DNA from: a bacterium | Lineage (GTDB): Bacteria > Hinthialibacterota > Hinthialibacteria > Hinthialibacterales > Hinthialibacteraceae | Length of the DNA stretch: 64,000 nucleotides | Reading direction: 5' to 3' | Assembly (NCBI GenBank): GCA_963662285.2 | Contig: CAXXMV010000001.1 | Coordinates: forward strand, 1,189,080-1,253,079 | Shown: one piece after another, positions 1-10,278 of the stretch | Numbering within the stretch: position 1 is the stretch's first letter | Layout: the number at the start of each line of letters is the position of its first letter | The notes under the pieces: model-generated | Database searches by the model: none | What the model was told of the DNA's origin: nothing | Seen by the model: the letters and a program-made list of their open reading frames with translations, nothing else | Translations under genes and position numbers: made by a program

Positions 1-2
1 CC

Positions 3-506
3 GGGACGAACTGGAAGAATCTGCCCTTTGTTCAAGAAGATGATCACCCTGCATCATGCGTCAGCTGGCACGACGCCATGTATTTCTGTAAGTGGCTTTC
101 AGAGAAGAGCGGATGTAATATCACGCTTCCAACCATTACTGAATGGGAATGCGCTTGCCGCGCCGGAACCGGCGGGGATTTCTCTGGAACTGGTCAAATA
201 AATGATATGGGATGGTGTGATGACAATTCAAATTATGGAACTCATGCCGTAGGATTAAAAGAAGCCAACGATTGGGGGATTTATGATATGCATGGCAATG
301 TCTGGGAATGGAATCTGGATATGTGGCAAGATGGCTTCCCTGATCTACCTAAGGATGGTTCTGCATGGATGAAAAGCAAGCGCTTCATCGCCATGGAAAG
401 CGGGGGCTCTTTTGGCAATCCCTCGAGATGGTGCGCATCTCATATACATATCCCCTCTGGATGGAGAAACTTTAACCACGGATTTCGTATCGTGATTAAG
501 AACTGA
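3..506 (+). CDS. Formylglycine-generating enzyme (FGE-sulfatase/SUMF1) domain protein, 5'-truncated by the window edge
   Basis: Frame is open from position 3 (GTNWKN...HPASCVSWHDAM). Motifs LPTxxEWECACRAG, NDWGIYDMHGNVWEW and GFRIV are typical of the family. Confidence 0.9.
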   Translation, partial: GTNWKNLPFVQEDDHPASCVSWHDAMYFCKWLSEKSGCNITLPTITEWECACRAGTGGDFSGTGQINDMGWCDDNSNYGTHAVGLKEANDWGIYDMHGNVWEWNLDMWQDGFPDLPKDGSAWMKSKRFIAMESGGSFGNPSRWCASHIHIPSGWRNFNHGFRIVIKN

Positions 507-535
507 ACTTTTTCTGTATCACAAAAGTAATCGAT

Positions 536-1360
536 CTAGTCGCGGTTGGTCCGTTGTTTAATTAAGACGATCACAAATACAATTCCAATGATCAATCCGA
601 TTGGTACTAAAATTGAAAGCATCATAAGTATTCTCCATTGAATTTCTTCTGGCGAGCGATTGGATTTTATAGAAAAAACTTTTTCGATAGTGTGTCTTAA
701 AGGCAAGTCGTTAGGATCAACAATCCGGCATACGAATTCCCAATTCAGCATCATGTTGAGCACTTTAACCGTAATGCAGTTTGAGCCTTTTTTTAGTTTA
801 ATCGGAACAAAAGCAGAATAATAGTTCAGCTGACGGCCTCCCCAAAACTCGTAAACCAATTCACCATTCAACCAAATCTTCATGGCGTCGTCACTGCCAA
901 CTCGAAGATAGGCAGAGCGTTCCTCAGAGGACTCTATTTCTGCATAGGCATAGGCCACCGCTTGTTCTATTTCGCCATAGACATTCCAGAAATCAATGCT
1001 TCTTTTTTCGCTTTCATAGAATTTCCATTGGTACTGATTATCGTCATAAGAATGCGTAAGATCAGGATTGGCTTTTATATTTCTCTCACCCCCATGCTCA
1101 AGCAGATAATCCTTGTTAAACGCTTCTTTTTGTTCAGCAGTTTTTTCTCCCCAATTTGGCTCATCAGAGGTTGCCTTATATATTTTAAATGGGCCGCATA
1201 ACAGCCACTTTTGCATGAATGTCTTACTTGGCGGATCTACATAAATAAATTCTTGAGCAAAGGAAGATTGTTGAGAAGCCAACACCACAAACACCAGACA
1301 GGCCATTGAATATCTTAAATATTGCATAATTTGCGCCCTTATATTATCGATTTCCTTCAT
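536..1360 (-). CDS. Exported beta-sandwich (PA14-like) protein with C-terminal membrane anchor
   Basis: N-terminal signal-like segment; WLLCGPF, AVAYAY and GSDDAMKIWLNG motifs; hydrophobic C-terminal helix followed by basic residues. Confidence 0.65.
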   Translation of the reverse strand: MKEIDNIRAQIMQYLRYSMACLVFVVLASQQSSFAQEFIYVDPPSKTFMQKWLLCGPFKIYKATSDEPNWGEKTAEQKEAFNKDYLLEHGGERNIKANPDLTHSYDDNQYQWKFYESEKRSIDFWNVYGEIEQAVAYAYAEIESSEERSAYLRVGSDDAMKIWLNGELVYEFWGGRQLNYYSAFVPIKLKKGSNCITVKVLNMMLNWEFVCRIVDPNDLPLRHTIEKVFSIKSNRSPEEIQWRILMMLSILVPIGLIIGIVFVIVLIKQRTNRD

Positions 1361-1417
1361 ATTTCAATTACTCTCCTACATTTTAATTATACGAAATACT
1401 TTTCCAATTATTTTATC

Positions 1418-1533
1418 TTAGAGCGATTATCAAAATTATGTTCGTTTATTATCACCTTTGATCTTCGAAAAAGCCAATCTTTTCTGGCTTTTTCGAATCG
1501 CCAATCAGAACATTATTATGAAAACTACTCTAA
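1418..1533. repeat. TA-flanked palindromic element (MITE-like), longest copy
   Basis: Imperfect 26-bp terminal inverted repeats ttagagcgattatcaaaattatgttc ... gaacattattatgaaaactactctaa. 1496-1533 matches 41913-41950 at 37 of 38 nt. Confidence 0.8.
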
Positions 1534-1561
1534 ATTAATTATATCGAAACGCAACAGCGCA

Positions 1562-1593
1562 AATAAAGGGCGAAGCCAATCGGCTTCGCCCTT
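1562..1593 (-). terminator. Intrinsic terminator of the FAD oxidoreductase gene
   Basis: 12-bp stem aagggcgaagcc/ggcttcgccctt followed by tattt on the minus strand. Confidence 0.8.
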
Positions 1594-1626
1594 CATAATG
1601 TTACGTTCTTATAAGAATAATGATAA

Positions 1627-4600
1627 TTATTTCTGTTTCAATACAGCGTTAGCATGGCGGGCCAGGTGTCCGCGTAGGTCGCTCTGGTATTGGCGCAGGA
1701 TTTTCTCGCCAAGTCCCTGGTAGTCGCCGCAGCGGTAGAGCGCACGGGCTAAAACCAGTTCCCGCAAAGTGACTTCGCGGGTAGTCGTATCGTTGTTGAA
1801 GCCTTTGGGCGTTATGCTTTTGCCAACCGCGACATCGCTGTAGGCATGTCCGGTCATGCCTGGTTTTTTAAGCAACTCGGCGATTGGTTTAGCGGCTTTA
1901 CGGTCGCCCATTGATTCAAGCGCAACAGCGATGGCGCGATGATGAGAGAAGGCGTCTTGTGAACTCAATTGCTCCAGTTTATCAAGAATGATTGGCAGGG
2001 CGCGTGGGTCGCGGGTGCGTCCCAATGCGATGATCAGGCTGTCGAGCGCGCTAAGGCTTCCGCCGAATTGTCCCATACCAGTAAAGCGCCACCCTTCATC
2101 CCATTCCTGTTCGGCAACTGCGTCGCATAAAGTTTTGCTGCCGGTCTGGTCGCCCAACATTCCTAAGATATGAGCATAAATCAGTTTAGGTTCTTTCTTG
2201 GTAGTTGCATCAGCCGAAGAGATACGCTCGCGGGTTTGATCTTCCAGTTTTTTGTTTAGATCATCAGCTGAACTATAGGCTTTACGAAGGAGTACTAGAG
2301 AATCTTTGGATTGAGAAAGAATAAGCGGCAAGTCTTTATAATCATCAGCGGCGTTCTGCACAGCTTGGGCGATCGTATCTTGAGACAGTGGGTATGAATC
2401 CTGATCAGTCAATACGCGTGTGGGGAGACTGCCGATTTCGACCAGTTGTTCTTGTAGTTTTTTTATGTCGACGTCGCGGGTCTTAAGGTTGTCTTTTGCT
2501 GCCATAGACGCTGCGATTCCCATGGCGTAACCCTGGTTTTGGATGCAAGGCTGCATACGCAGAATGGGCATGGCGTCGCGGTGGGCGCTGATGCCCAGCC
2601 CGGTCACGATGATTCCATCCAGCCCTTTGGGCAACAAAGCGCGGTATGGCGTGTTGGCGTCAACCGATACTTTATCGGGGTTCTTAATCAGGAATGCTGC
2701 GTGAACGGTATAACCATGAGTATCGAAGTTGCTACGGGCAATACTTATGGTATCGGGATAAGTGCGATGATTCATTATATCAACGGGAGTGATAAAGAAA
2801 TCACCCACGATGCGGCGCCGTTCGCGGGTATCGACTATCTGTCCCAGGTCGTATTCTCCAGAGAATTTTTCTTTAGCAACAATGAATGAGCGCCACAAGT
2901 CGACGGGATCAGTATCGTCTACGAAGGTGTAATCAGTATTGGTGTAATTAGCGCCCGGTCGACGAGGAGGAAGCCCGGTTCCCTGTAATGCGGCATGTTC
3001 GGGGCCGGTGAATTGGTAATCGGCGCCTGCGGCGATGGCGATATCAGAACTGCCGGTGGAATCAATGGCGGTTTGACAAAGGATAACTCCCCGGCCAAAG
3101 GGCGTGGCGACTACAACGCCTTTCACAGAACCATCAACCACATAGGCGCCGCAACCCAGGACGCCATACCATAGATCAGCGCCTGCTTTACGCAATTCGC
3201 TGCGATACCATTCAATTTTGTTTTCTACGTTCCATCCGCCATGTTTAACATTGGGGTCTTTACCGAGAGTGAGAACGCCTTCATCTAATTCCTTGGTGAA
3301 GCCTTCGCGGTAGCCATGATAATATCTACCAATCAGGCCAAGAGTACCGACGCCGCCCAATCCATGCAGGTATTCAACGACCAGCGTTTTGGCGCCTTTT
3401 CGCGCGGCGCCGATTCCCGCAGGCGCCCCGCCAGTGCCGCCGCCGATAACCACAACGTCATATTGCCCGAGAATGGGGATGGCGCGTTGGGTTGAAGGGA
3501 TGGATCGTGCGCTTTCTGATATCGGACGAACGCCCTGAAGCAATTCGCGAATGTTGCCTGTTGTGATATCAGCGTTTTGAGGCCCTTTTAGCGTAACTCC
3601 CTTTGGCATAGAAAGCGCCGCGGCTTCTTGCGCAGCTGCTTTTCCGATGCGGGTTGCAACCGCGATAAGGTTTAACGGTCGAACCAGTTTTTCGGCGGCA
3701 TTACGGGAGATATCAGCGCAGGCGCCGAGTATGTAAAGTTGTGGTATGTCTTTTGGTTTGAAGGCGTCAAGATCAATGTTATCAGCCCCAGGCCAATCGG
3801 CTATGCTTTTTTGGCCTCTAACAGGATCAGGAGGAATCTGGAAAAGAGTTTCGGATGCGTTGACCTGTCCCGTTTGCCATGTCCGGTCGCGCATGATCTG
3901 GTCTGCATTGGCGAAAGATGCGTAAGATGCATCCGGCATGGGGATTTGCATAGTATATTCGGTAGCATCATAAGCCATGTCTTTTGTGTGAACCTGCGTT
4001 GGCATTTTACGGGCGGCTTCGTCTTCCCTTGGAGTTCCGCCTACGACGATTCGCTTAAAGGTCGCCTCGCCAGCTGGATAGGAAGCGAATTCGGCGCCCG
4101 CCATTCTAGCGGCGCCCGCACGCGGCATGGCGTCAATGACCACCTTGGCTAATACGGCCTGACGTCCGGAACGGTTGACCATGACGATTCCCGCAATCTT
4201 GCCGTTTTCATCATGTAGGATATCAGTTGTCATGCAGCTATATAAAAACTGAACCTTGGCGTCAAGCAAGGCCTGATCCAAGGCGTATTTGATCTGCATT
4301 AGGGTTGGTGGAATGCGTAAACTGGCTTTTCTATCTTGTTTCTGTACATCAGTTTCAAGCAGAATTTCTCCTAAGAGTATACGTTGAGCATCAGCGCCTT
4401 TTTTCATGGAGAATTTCAGGTAGCGGGTTTTTTGATTGATGGAGTTTGATAAATCAATCGGTTGCTCCTCAAATGTTCCACGACCAACCAATGAATTTTT
4501 TACTACTGCGATTTCATGCCATTCATTTTTATCAGCGCTGATTGAGATAGCAACATTATCTACCGAGAATTCATTATTGCGCTGATAAGCCATGATATGG

Positions 4601-5112
4601 GCTTTTTTCACATTGCGCTCTTGGCCCAAGTCAACGGTTATCACAACATCATTGTTGTATTGAACGCTTTGAGAGGATGAACTGGTAAACTTTCCGTCAT
4701 TCAGCAAAGAGGCTTTATCCGTATCTTTGTGTTTCGCGTCTGAAGGTTGATCGGCTTCATAAGTGAATTGCAGCCCTCTTTCCGGCAGAATCTCAGAAAG
4801 TGGTTCAGCAAACAATTTTTGGGTAAATGGAGTCGATGGCTCTTCACCCGGTTCGAGCCATAAGCGGTATGGCGCGCAAAGGTCTTCGCCAAGATATGGA
4901 CGAGGAGCAGCCAGGAATACGCTGGCGCCGTTTTGTGATGCTTCGACGGCTGCTGCGACTCCTGCCGCCGATCCACCAACCACAACCACATCGACTTCAT
5001 AGGCGATAGGTATTTCCCGTGCGGATTCCTGGATGGTTTTCGCCAATGCGGTAGATGTTAAAGGAACGATTAATAATGCAAATAAAGTGATTGAAAGTGA
5101 AAAACGTTTCAT
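1627..5112 (-). CDS. Secreted FAD-dependent oxidoreductase (two FAD_oxidored modules, inserted F5/8-type domain, C-terminal HEAT-like repeats)
   Basis: Signal peptide; two Rossmann motifs (DVVVVGGSAAG and DVVVIGGGTGG); RERRRIVG, PYRALLP and RMQP motifs; discoidin-like segment (ITVDLGQ...RYLKF). Confidence 0.85.
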   Translation of the reverse strand: MKRFSLSITLFALLIVPLTSTALAKTIQESAREIPIAYEVDVVVVGGSAAGVAAAVEASQNGASVFLAAPRPYLGEDLCAPYRLWLEPGEEPSTPFTQKLFAEPLSEILPERGLQFTYEADQPSDAKHKDTDKASLLNDGKFTSSSSQSVQYNNDVVITVDLGQERNVKKAHIMAYQRNNEFSVDNVAISISADKNEWHEIAVVKNSLVGRGTFEEQPIDLSNSINQKTRYLKFSMKKGADAQRILLGEILLETDVQKQDRKASLRIPPTLMQIKYALDQALLDAKVQFLYSCMTTDILHDENGKIAGIVMVNRSGRQAVLAKVVIDAMPRAGAARMAGAEFASYPAGEATFKRIVVGGTPREDEAARKMPTQVHTKDMAYDATEYTMQIPMPDASYASFANADQIMRDRTWQTGQVNASETLFQIPPDPVRGQKSIADWPGADNIDLDAFKPKDIPQLYILGACADISRNAAEKLVRPLNLIAVATRIGKAAAQEAAALSMPKGVTLKGPQNADITTGNIRELLQGVRPISESARSIPSTQRAIPILGQYDVVVIGGGTGGAPAGIGAARKGAKTLVVEYLHGLGGVGTLGLIGRYYHGYREGFTKELDEGVLTLGKDPNVKHGGWNVENKIEWYRSELRKAGADLWYGVLGCGAYVVDGSVKGVVVATPFGRGVILCQTAIDSTGSSDIAIAAGADYQFTGPEHAALQGTGLPPRRPGANYTNTDYTFVDDTDPVDLWRSFIVAKEKFSGEYDLGQIVDTRERRRIVGDFFITPVDIMNHRTYPDTISIARSNFDTHGYTVHAAFLIKNPDKVSVDANTPYRALLPKGLDGIIVTGLGISAHRDAMPILRMQPCIQNQGYAMGIAASMAAKDNLKTRDVDIKKLQEQLVEIGSLPTRVLTDQDSYPLSQDTIAQAVQNAADDYKDLPLILSQSKDSLVLLRKAYSSADDLNKKLEDQTRERISSADATTKKEPKLIYAHILGMLGDQTGSKTLCDAVAEQEWDEGWRFTGMGQFGGSLSALDSLIIALGRTRDPRALPIILDKLEQLSSQDAFSHHRAIAVALESMGDRKAAKPIAELLKKPGMTGHAYSDVAVGKSITPKGFNNDTTTREVTLRELVLARALYRCGDYQGLGEKILRQYQSDLRGHLARHANAVLKQK

Positions 5113-5359
5113 GGAAAACTCCAGTAGATATTTTTTAATATATTTAGAACGATAATAATAAATATATTAATATAAATGTTTCTTAAAAACCGTTAAGACA
5201 GATACTTTAATAAGGTAAACTGTAATACTATACGAACATAATATCTATAATCTCTAATGTATCAAAAAACGAGACGTTTACCTAGATATAAAACCTTTGA
5301 TAATGTAAAAAAGATAGTGTATTGAAGGAAAAAGTGATAATTATAAGGGGGATTAACTA

Positions 5360-7432
5360 GTGGAAATGAATCGCTGGATTATAAATAAATTGGCCTTGTG
5401 TTTTGGTCTTTTTCTTCTCTCAAGTTCGGTCTTGGTAAATGCAGAGGAGAAATCGGCTGATAAAGCAAAGATTGATATATGGAAATCAGTGTATACCATT
5501 GAACGCGGCATTCCTGATGCGGGAGATCATCCCGGTAATGTGTATCTTGTAGGCGAAGAGGTTATCGCCAAAGCATCACCGGGCATTCCACTGGAAGCGG
5601 TTAAATGGAGAGCGCTTGACGACAGTGGGAAAGTTGCCGCAGAAGGAGAATTTTCACTTGGTGGACCAGGTGATTCAGTTAATGCAGGCAAACTGGGGCT
5701 TGGCTGGTATCGGATTGAATTTCTAAACAACAATAACAAACGGGTAGGCTGGACTTCAACTGCGGTGTTGGCGAAACTGAGCGCCCCGGTTCCCCAGGAT
5801 TCTCCCATCTGTATTGATGGCGCTAATGCCTGGTTTGCTCAAGAAAATCCCGAGAAGCAGGAAGAACTTGCGCGTCTGGCTGCATTAACTGGAGTAAACT
5901 GGATACGCGACCGGATTAAGTGGCGTGAAATGCAACCAACTCCAGACGAATTCAGCCAAAACACCACCTATGATGACTCAGCCAAATTCCAATCTCAATT
6001 TGGTTTGAAGGTGTTGCAGGTTTTTCATGATACGCCTGAATGGGCGGTCGCGGAAAATTCCAGACGCGGGCGTTTTGCCGAAGATTTAAGACATGTCTAT
6101 CGTTTTTGCAAGGAGATGAGTTTACATTTCAAGGGAACCGTGCAAGCCTGGGAACCATGGAACGAATCCAATGCGCATGATTTCGGTGGTCATACAGTTG
6201 ATGAAATGTGCTCCATGCAGAAAGCGGCTTACCTGGGTTATAAAGCAGGCGATCCGGATATGACGGTTTGCTGGAATGCTTATGCGGGAGTGCCGACGCC
6301 TTTGCATACCAAAGGCATACTAGAAAATGAGGCGTGGTCATATTTCGATGCATATAGCATCCATACTTATGATTGGCCGTCTTCTTATGTTGCATTGCGC
6401 GCGCCTGCCATAGAAGCAGCATGCGGTCGTCCTCTATGGGTGACGGAGAGCGACCGGGGCATCAACTATCATACCTATGAACCCTGGTGTGATATTTCTG
6501 AAAAGAACGAACTACTCAAGGCGCAATTCATGGCGCAATCCTACGCTACTAGCCTGTTCGCCGGATGCACCCGGCATTTTCATTTTATTCTAGGACATTA
6601 CTTTGAACGGCGTAACAAGATTCAGTTTGGTCTACTGCGCTTGGACCTGACGCCGCGTCCCAGTTATGTGGCATTTGCGGCAGTGGGCCGGTTGCTGGCT
6701 GGCGCCAGGTGCCTGGGTCGCTGGAATATCGAGGAACAGCCTGAAACTCATATTTATGCGTTTCGAGCTAAACCCGATGGCGTGGAGCGTGACGTGCTGG
6801 TTGTTTGGGCTGAGAAAAAAGTTGACTGGGCGGAGCGCGGCAAAACCTCGGCTGATTGGCCATTTCCTGAGGGAATGCCTATTCAGGCGCTTTATGATTA
6901 CTTCGGACGCCAGATGAAAAATGAGGTTCCCTCAAAAATTGAATCAAAAGCCACCTACGTGTTGTTGCCCAAAGGTGAAGCGGACAAGTTACCCCTGCAG
7001 AAGCCAATGAGCGGAGAGTATCGCGTTGGCGAGTCGTCTAATGTAGTACTGCAACTGGTTATGCCTGAGTCATCCACGGTTGCGGTTACTACCATTCCCT
7101 GGTCGGTTGAACATGAGCACCAAATTGAAACCGATAAAGAATTGGAACTCTCATTGTATATTTATAATTTCAGCGATCAGGCGGTTAGCGGCAAAGTCAA
7201 TGCTGAACATATTCCTGAAGGGTGGATATTAGAACCTTCTCAATGGGAGATGACGCTAGAGCCAATGGAGCAAAAAGCGTTGCCCGTAAAATTAAAACGA
7301 CCGGCGCCGGTTGATGACGCATCAGCTGATATATGGATTAAATTACGGGGTGATTTCGGCAATGCCGGGAAACCGGTTTTGGCCTTCCGCTTGATTGCGA
7401 AACCGGGCGAAGCATACCCGAAGATAGATTAA
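5360..7432 (+). CDS. Secreted glycoside hydrolase, clan GH-A-like TIM barrel
   Basis: Signal peptide; GVNWIRD, WEPWNE (acid/base), SIHTY, LWVTE (nucleophile) and FGLL...PRPSY motifs. Confidence 0.75.
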   Translation: MEMNRWIINKLALCFGLFLLSSSVLVNAEEKSADKAKIDIWKSVYTIERGIPDAGDHPGNVYLVGEEVIAKASPGIPLEAVKWRALDDSGKVAAEGEFSLGGPGDSVNAGKLGLGWYRIEFLNNNNKRVGWTSTAVLAKLSAPVPQDSPICIDGANAWFAQENPEKQEELARLAALTGVNWIRDRIKWREMQPTPDEFSQNTTYDDSAKFQSQFGLKVLQVFHDTPEWAVAENSRRGRFAEDLRHVYRFCKEMSLHFKGTVQAWEPWNESNAHDFGGHTVDEMCSMQKAAYLGYKAGDPDMTVCWNAYAGVPTPLHTKGILENEAWSYFDAYSIHTYDWPSSYVALRAPAIEAACGRPLWVTESDRGINYHTYEPWCDISEKNELLKAQFMAQSYATSLFAGCTRHFHFILGHYFERRNKIQFGLLRLDLTPRPSYVAFAAVGRLLAGARCLGRWNIEEQPETHIYAFRAKPDGVERDVLVVWAEKKVDWAERGKTSADWPFPEGMPIQALYDYFGRQMKNEVPSKIESKATYVLLPKGEADKLPLQKPMSGEYRVGESSNVVLQLVMPESSTVAVTTIPWSVEHEHQIETDKELELSLYIYNFSDQAVSGKVNAEHIPEGWILEPSQWEMTLEPMEQKALPVKLKRPAPVDDASADIWIKLRGDFGNAGKPVLAFRLIAKPGEAYPKID

Positions 7433-7451
7433 TTTCTGAACTTGATTTATG

Positions 7452-7496
7452 AAAAAGGGAGCGCAATGACATAAATAATCACTGTGCTCCCTTTTT
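7452..7496. terminator. Bidirectional intrinsic terminator
   Basis: aaaaagggagcgca ... tgtgctcccttttt between convergent genes. Confidence 0.8.
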
Positions 7497-7520
7497 GTTT
7501 ACAATGAAAAAATAACTCGT

Positions 7521-8870
7521 TCAGCGAAGCAGCCGGGCGATAAGAAAAGCCATTTCCAGCGCCTGCGCTCCATTAAGGCGTGGGTCGCAAGCGGTTTCAT
7601 AGCACTGATGCAAGTCGGATTCAGTTACTCCTCCAGAACCGCCAATGCATTCTGTCACCGCTTCACCCGTCAATTCAATATGAACCCCACCCATAAATGT
7701 CCCAAGTTTGTTATGTTGCTCAAAGGTCTGCTCCAACTCAGAGAAGATAGAGTCAAGCCGTCTTGTTTTGAGTCCATCAGCAGCGGTTTCGGTGTTGCCA
7801 TGCATCGGGTCGCAACTCCATAACACGGGATGGCCGCTTTTCTCGACAGCCTGAACAAAACGCGGGAGCTGCTTTGATACGTTATCGGCGCCAAAGCGGG
7901 TGATGATGGTTATTCTTCCCGGTTCACGATCAGGATCAATACGGTCGATAATCTGGATCAACGTCTCTTCGTCCATGGCTGAACCGGCCTTGATTCCGAT
8001 CGGATTTCTGATGCCGCGCAAGTATTCCACATGGGCGTCTTCCAGACCGGAAGTGCGATAACCCAACCAGAGGTAATGAGCGCTGTGATTATATGGCGTA
8101 TGATCAGCGCTATAGCGTGTCAACGCTTCTTCATAAGGCAGCAGAAGCGCTTCATGCGAAGTATAGATTTCGACGCGGCGCAGTGAATCGTCAGAGTGAC
8201 CTATGGTTTCCATAAAGGTGATGGCGTCATTAATCGCATCCACCATCTTTTGATACGCCTTACGGTTCGGGCTGGATTCCATGAACGACAGATTCCATAA
8301 CTCTGGATGATGCAGATCGGCGAAACCGCCTTCAATTAATGCGCGAAGGTAGTTCAAACTTGCCGCTGCATGATGATAGCCATCAATCATACGCTGTGAA
8401 TTGGTATGGCGCGATTCGGCGTTAAACTCCGTTGCATTGACCAGATCACCACGATAGACAGGTAAAGTAACGCCGTTTTGTTCTTCATAATTATTGCTGC
8501 GTGGTTTGGCGTATTGACCAGCCATACGCCCGATGCGGATAAGCGGCTTTCTAGTGCCGTAAGTAAGTACGAGGCTCATCTGCAAGAGCACTTTTAATTT
8601 TGACTCTATGACTGATGCCGTACAATCGGAAAAACGCTCGGCGCAGTCGCCTCCATGCAGCACGAATCTCTTGCCCTGTGCTGCATCTGCCAATTCATCT
8701 CTTAGACGGTCAATTTCGCCTTTTGACACCAATGGCGGCTTGGTACGCAGGATGCCAAGGCATTTTTCTAACTTTAAGAGATCAACATATTCTGGTTGCT
8801 GGAGAGCAGTGCGGGTCCGCCAACTTTGAGGCGTCCACTCTTTTTGATTTAACGTCGGATAGTCGTTCAT
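7521..8870 (-). CDS. 3-deoxy-7-phosphoheptulonate (DAHP) synthase, class II
   Basis: GGDCAERF, GRMAGQYAKPRS, YRGD, TSHEALLL, CDPMHGNT and YETACDPRLN motifs. Start set at ATG 8870 (MNDY...W) rather than 8972. Confidence 0.95.
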   Translation of the reverse strand: MNDYPTLNQKEWTPQSWRTRTALQQPEYVDLLKLEKCLGILRTKPPLVSKGEIDRLRDELADAAQGKRFVLHGGDCAERFSDCTASVIESKLKVLLQMSLVLTYGTRKPLIRIGRMAGQYAKPRSNNYEEQNGVTLPVYRGDLVNATEFNAESRHTNSQRMIDGYHHAAASLNYLRALIEGGFADLHHPELWNLSFMESSPNRKAYQKMVDAINDAITFMETIGHSDDSLRRVEIYTSHEALLLPYEEALTRYSADHTPYNHSAHYLWLGYRTSGLEDAHVEYLRGIRNPIGIKAGSAMDEETLIQIIDRIDPDREPGRITIITRFGADNVSKQLPRFVQAVEKSGHPVLWSCDPMHGNTETAADGLKTRRLDSIFSELEQTFEQHNKLGTFMGGVHIELTGEAVTECIGGSGGVTESDLHQCYETACDPRLNGAQALEMAFLIARLLR

Positions 8871-9213
8871 TGCATCAATTCTTATATGATTTCCAGAGAA
8901 TTCCCCATGATTTATGATGGCAGTGAAATTCGCATGACACAAGGCTCTTGTTAGTATATTACGCCGAATCAAAGTATTGGTTTTAAGGATAAAAATTTCT
9001 TTCCCTTATGATTTCTATTATGTAATTCTTGATTTTTATCTTGACATGATATTGATGGATATAGTAAATTAAATCGATTCCCCCATTCTATCAATACTTG
9101 TTGATTTGCCGATTGTTATAGTGAAGAAAGGAGTAAATCGAGAATTATTCATTCAATTCATATCGTTGTAACGCATTGAATAATATACAAATATGTTAAA
9201 TAGGGAGATGATA

Positions 9214-10200
9214 ATGAAATACAGATTTGCATGTTATATAACCATTGTATCGTGTTTTTTATGCTTACCGGTTATGGCGCAGGATGTTGATTATGTCCTC
9301 AACTTCGATGAGACTTCTGAAGGACCATGGTCTGACATAGAAAAAACAACTCTTACAATTCCAAAAGTTGCCAATGGTTCCATCACTTTGGATGGTGATG
9401 TGACTTCGGGAGAATATGGTGGATTTAATGTAGTGGAGGTGATTCCTGATCAAAACGCCTGGATTCTAGCCTATCCAGCAGTGAGAAATTGGGAAAGCGA
9501 AGAAGATTCCAGTTTTGGTTTCTACATGGCCTATGATGATGATTTCCTCTATATCGGCGTTAATGTGAACGACAACACCGTTCTCTCCAACAATCCAAAC
9601 GCTTCCTTTTGGAACGATGACGCCATGGAGATTATTATCGATCCATTGAATACGCGATTGGACGAAAACACCGATCAAGTTGATAATTTCTTTGGCGGGC
9701 ATTGCTATGTAAACTATGAAGGCCGGTTTTCTGCATGGGATGATGACGCCAACACTCGTGGCGAACCACTTACGCGATGGTCGTCGCTGGTTGAATGGGC
9801 ATATGGCGAAGATAAAGAAATTTATGGCGTGGGAAAAGAAACCGGAACCGGTTGGTCTATGGAAGTCAAATTCCACAAAGACACTCTGATTGATCCAATC
9901 AGTGATTTCAAATGGCAGGAAGGCCAGGATATGGCTTTCAACATTGGCATTGATGATGATGATGGCGCTGATATGGAGATCCAATATTTCTGGGCCAACC
10001 GCATCCGCGCGATAGGCTTTACTGAAGAGGAATCATGGAATTGGACTGAAGAAGAGATCGCTAATGGAGATCATCTGAACCCTGATATCACATGGTATGA
10101 AATTGGAATTAACGCCAATGGAAGGCTTAGTAAATCCGGCGCCGGAGAGATTATTCTGGGCGCCGAGGCCGCCAAAATACCTGAGTGGAGTCTTTATTAA
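9214..10200 (+). CDS. Secreted acidic CBM9-like sugar-binding protein
   Basis: GGGAG RBS before ATG 9214; signal peptide; ITLDG, MAYDDDFLYIGVNVND, WNDDAMEI and FNIGIDDDD motifs of CBM9/DOMON-like domains; ends IPEWSLY. Confidence 0.75.
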   Translation: MKYRFACYITIVSCFLCLPVMAQDVDYVLNFDETSEGPWSDIEKTTLTIPKVANGSITLDGDVTSGEYGGFNVVEVIPDQNAWILAYPAVRNWESEEDSSFGFYMAYDDDFLYIGVNVNDNTVLSNNPNASFWNDDAMEIIIDPLNTRLDENTDQVDNFFGGHCYVNYEGRFSAWDDDANTRGEPLTRWSSLVEWAYGEDKEIYGVGKETGTGWSMEVKFHKDTLIDPISDFKWQEGQDMAFNIGIDDDDGADMEIQYFWANRIRAIGFTEEESWNWTEEEIANGDHLNPDITWYEIGINANGRLSKSGAGEIILGAEAAKIPEWSLY

Positions 10201-10229
10201 GTAGGATAATATATAGAACTGTCATTACT

Positions 10230-10257
10230 ACGGGCTGCTTTTTAGCAGCCCGTTTTT
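10230..10257 (+). terminator. Intrinsic terminator
   Basis: acgggctgct-ttt-agcagcccgt followed by a T tract. Confidence 0.85.
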
Positions 10258-10278
10258 ATTCTCTTGATGAAAAATTCA

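Noticed and set aside
1322-1723. 133-aa plus-strand ORF
   Set aside because: Spans a palindromic element and a terminator and overlaps both flanking genes in antisense; likely spurious.
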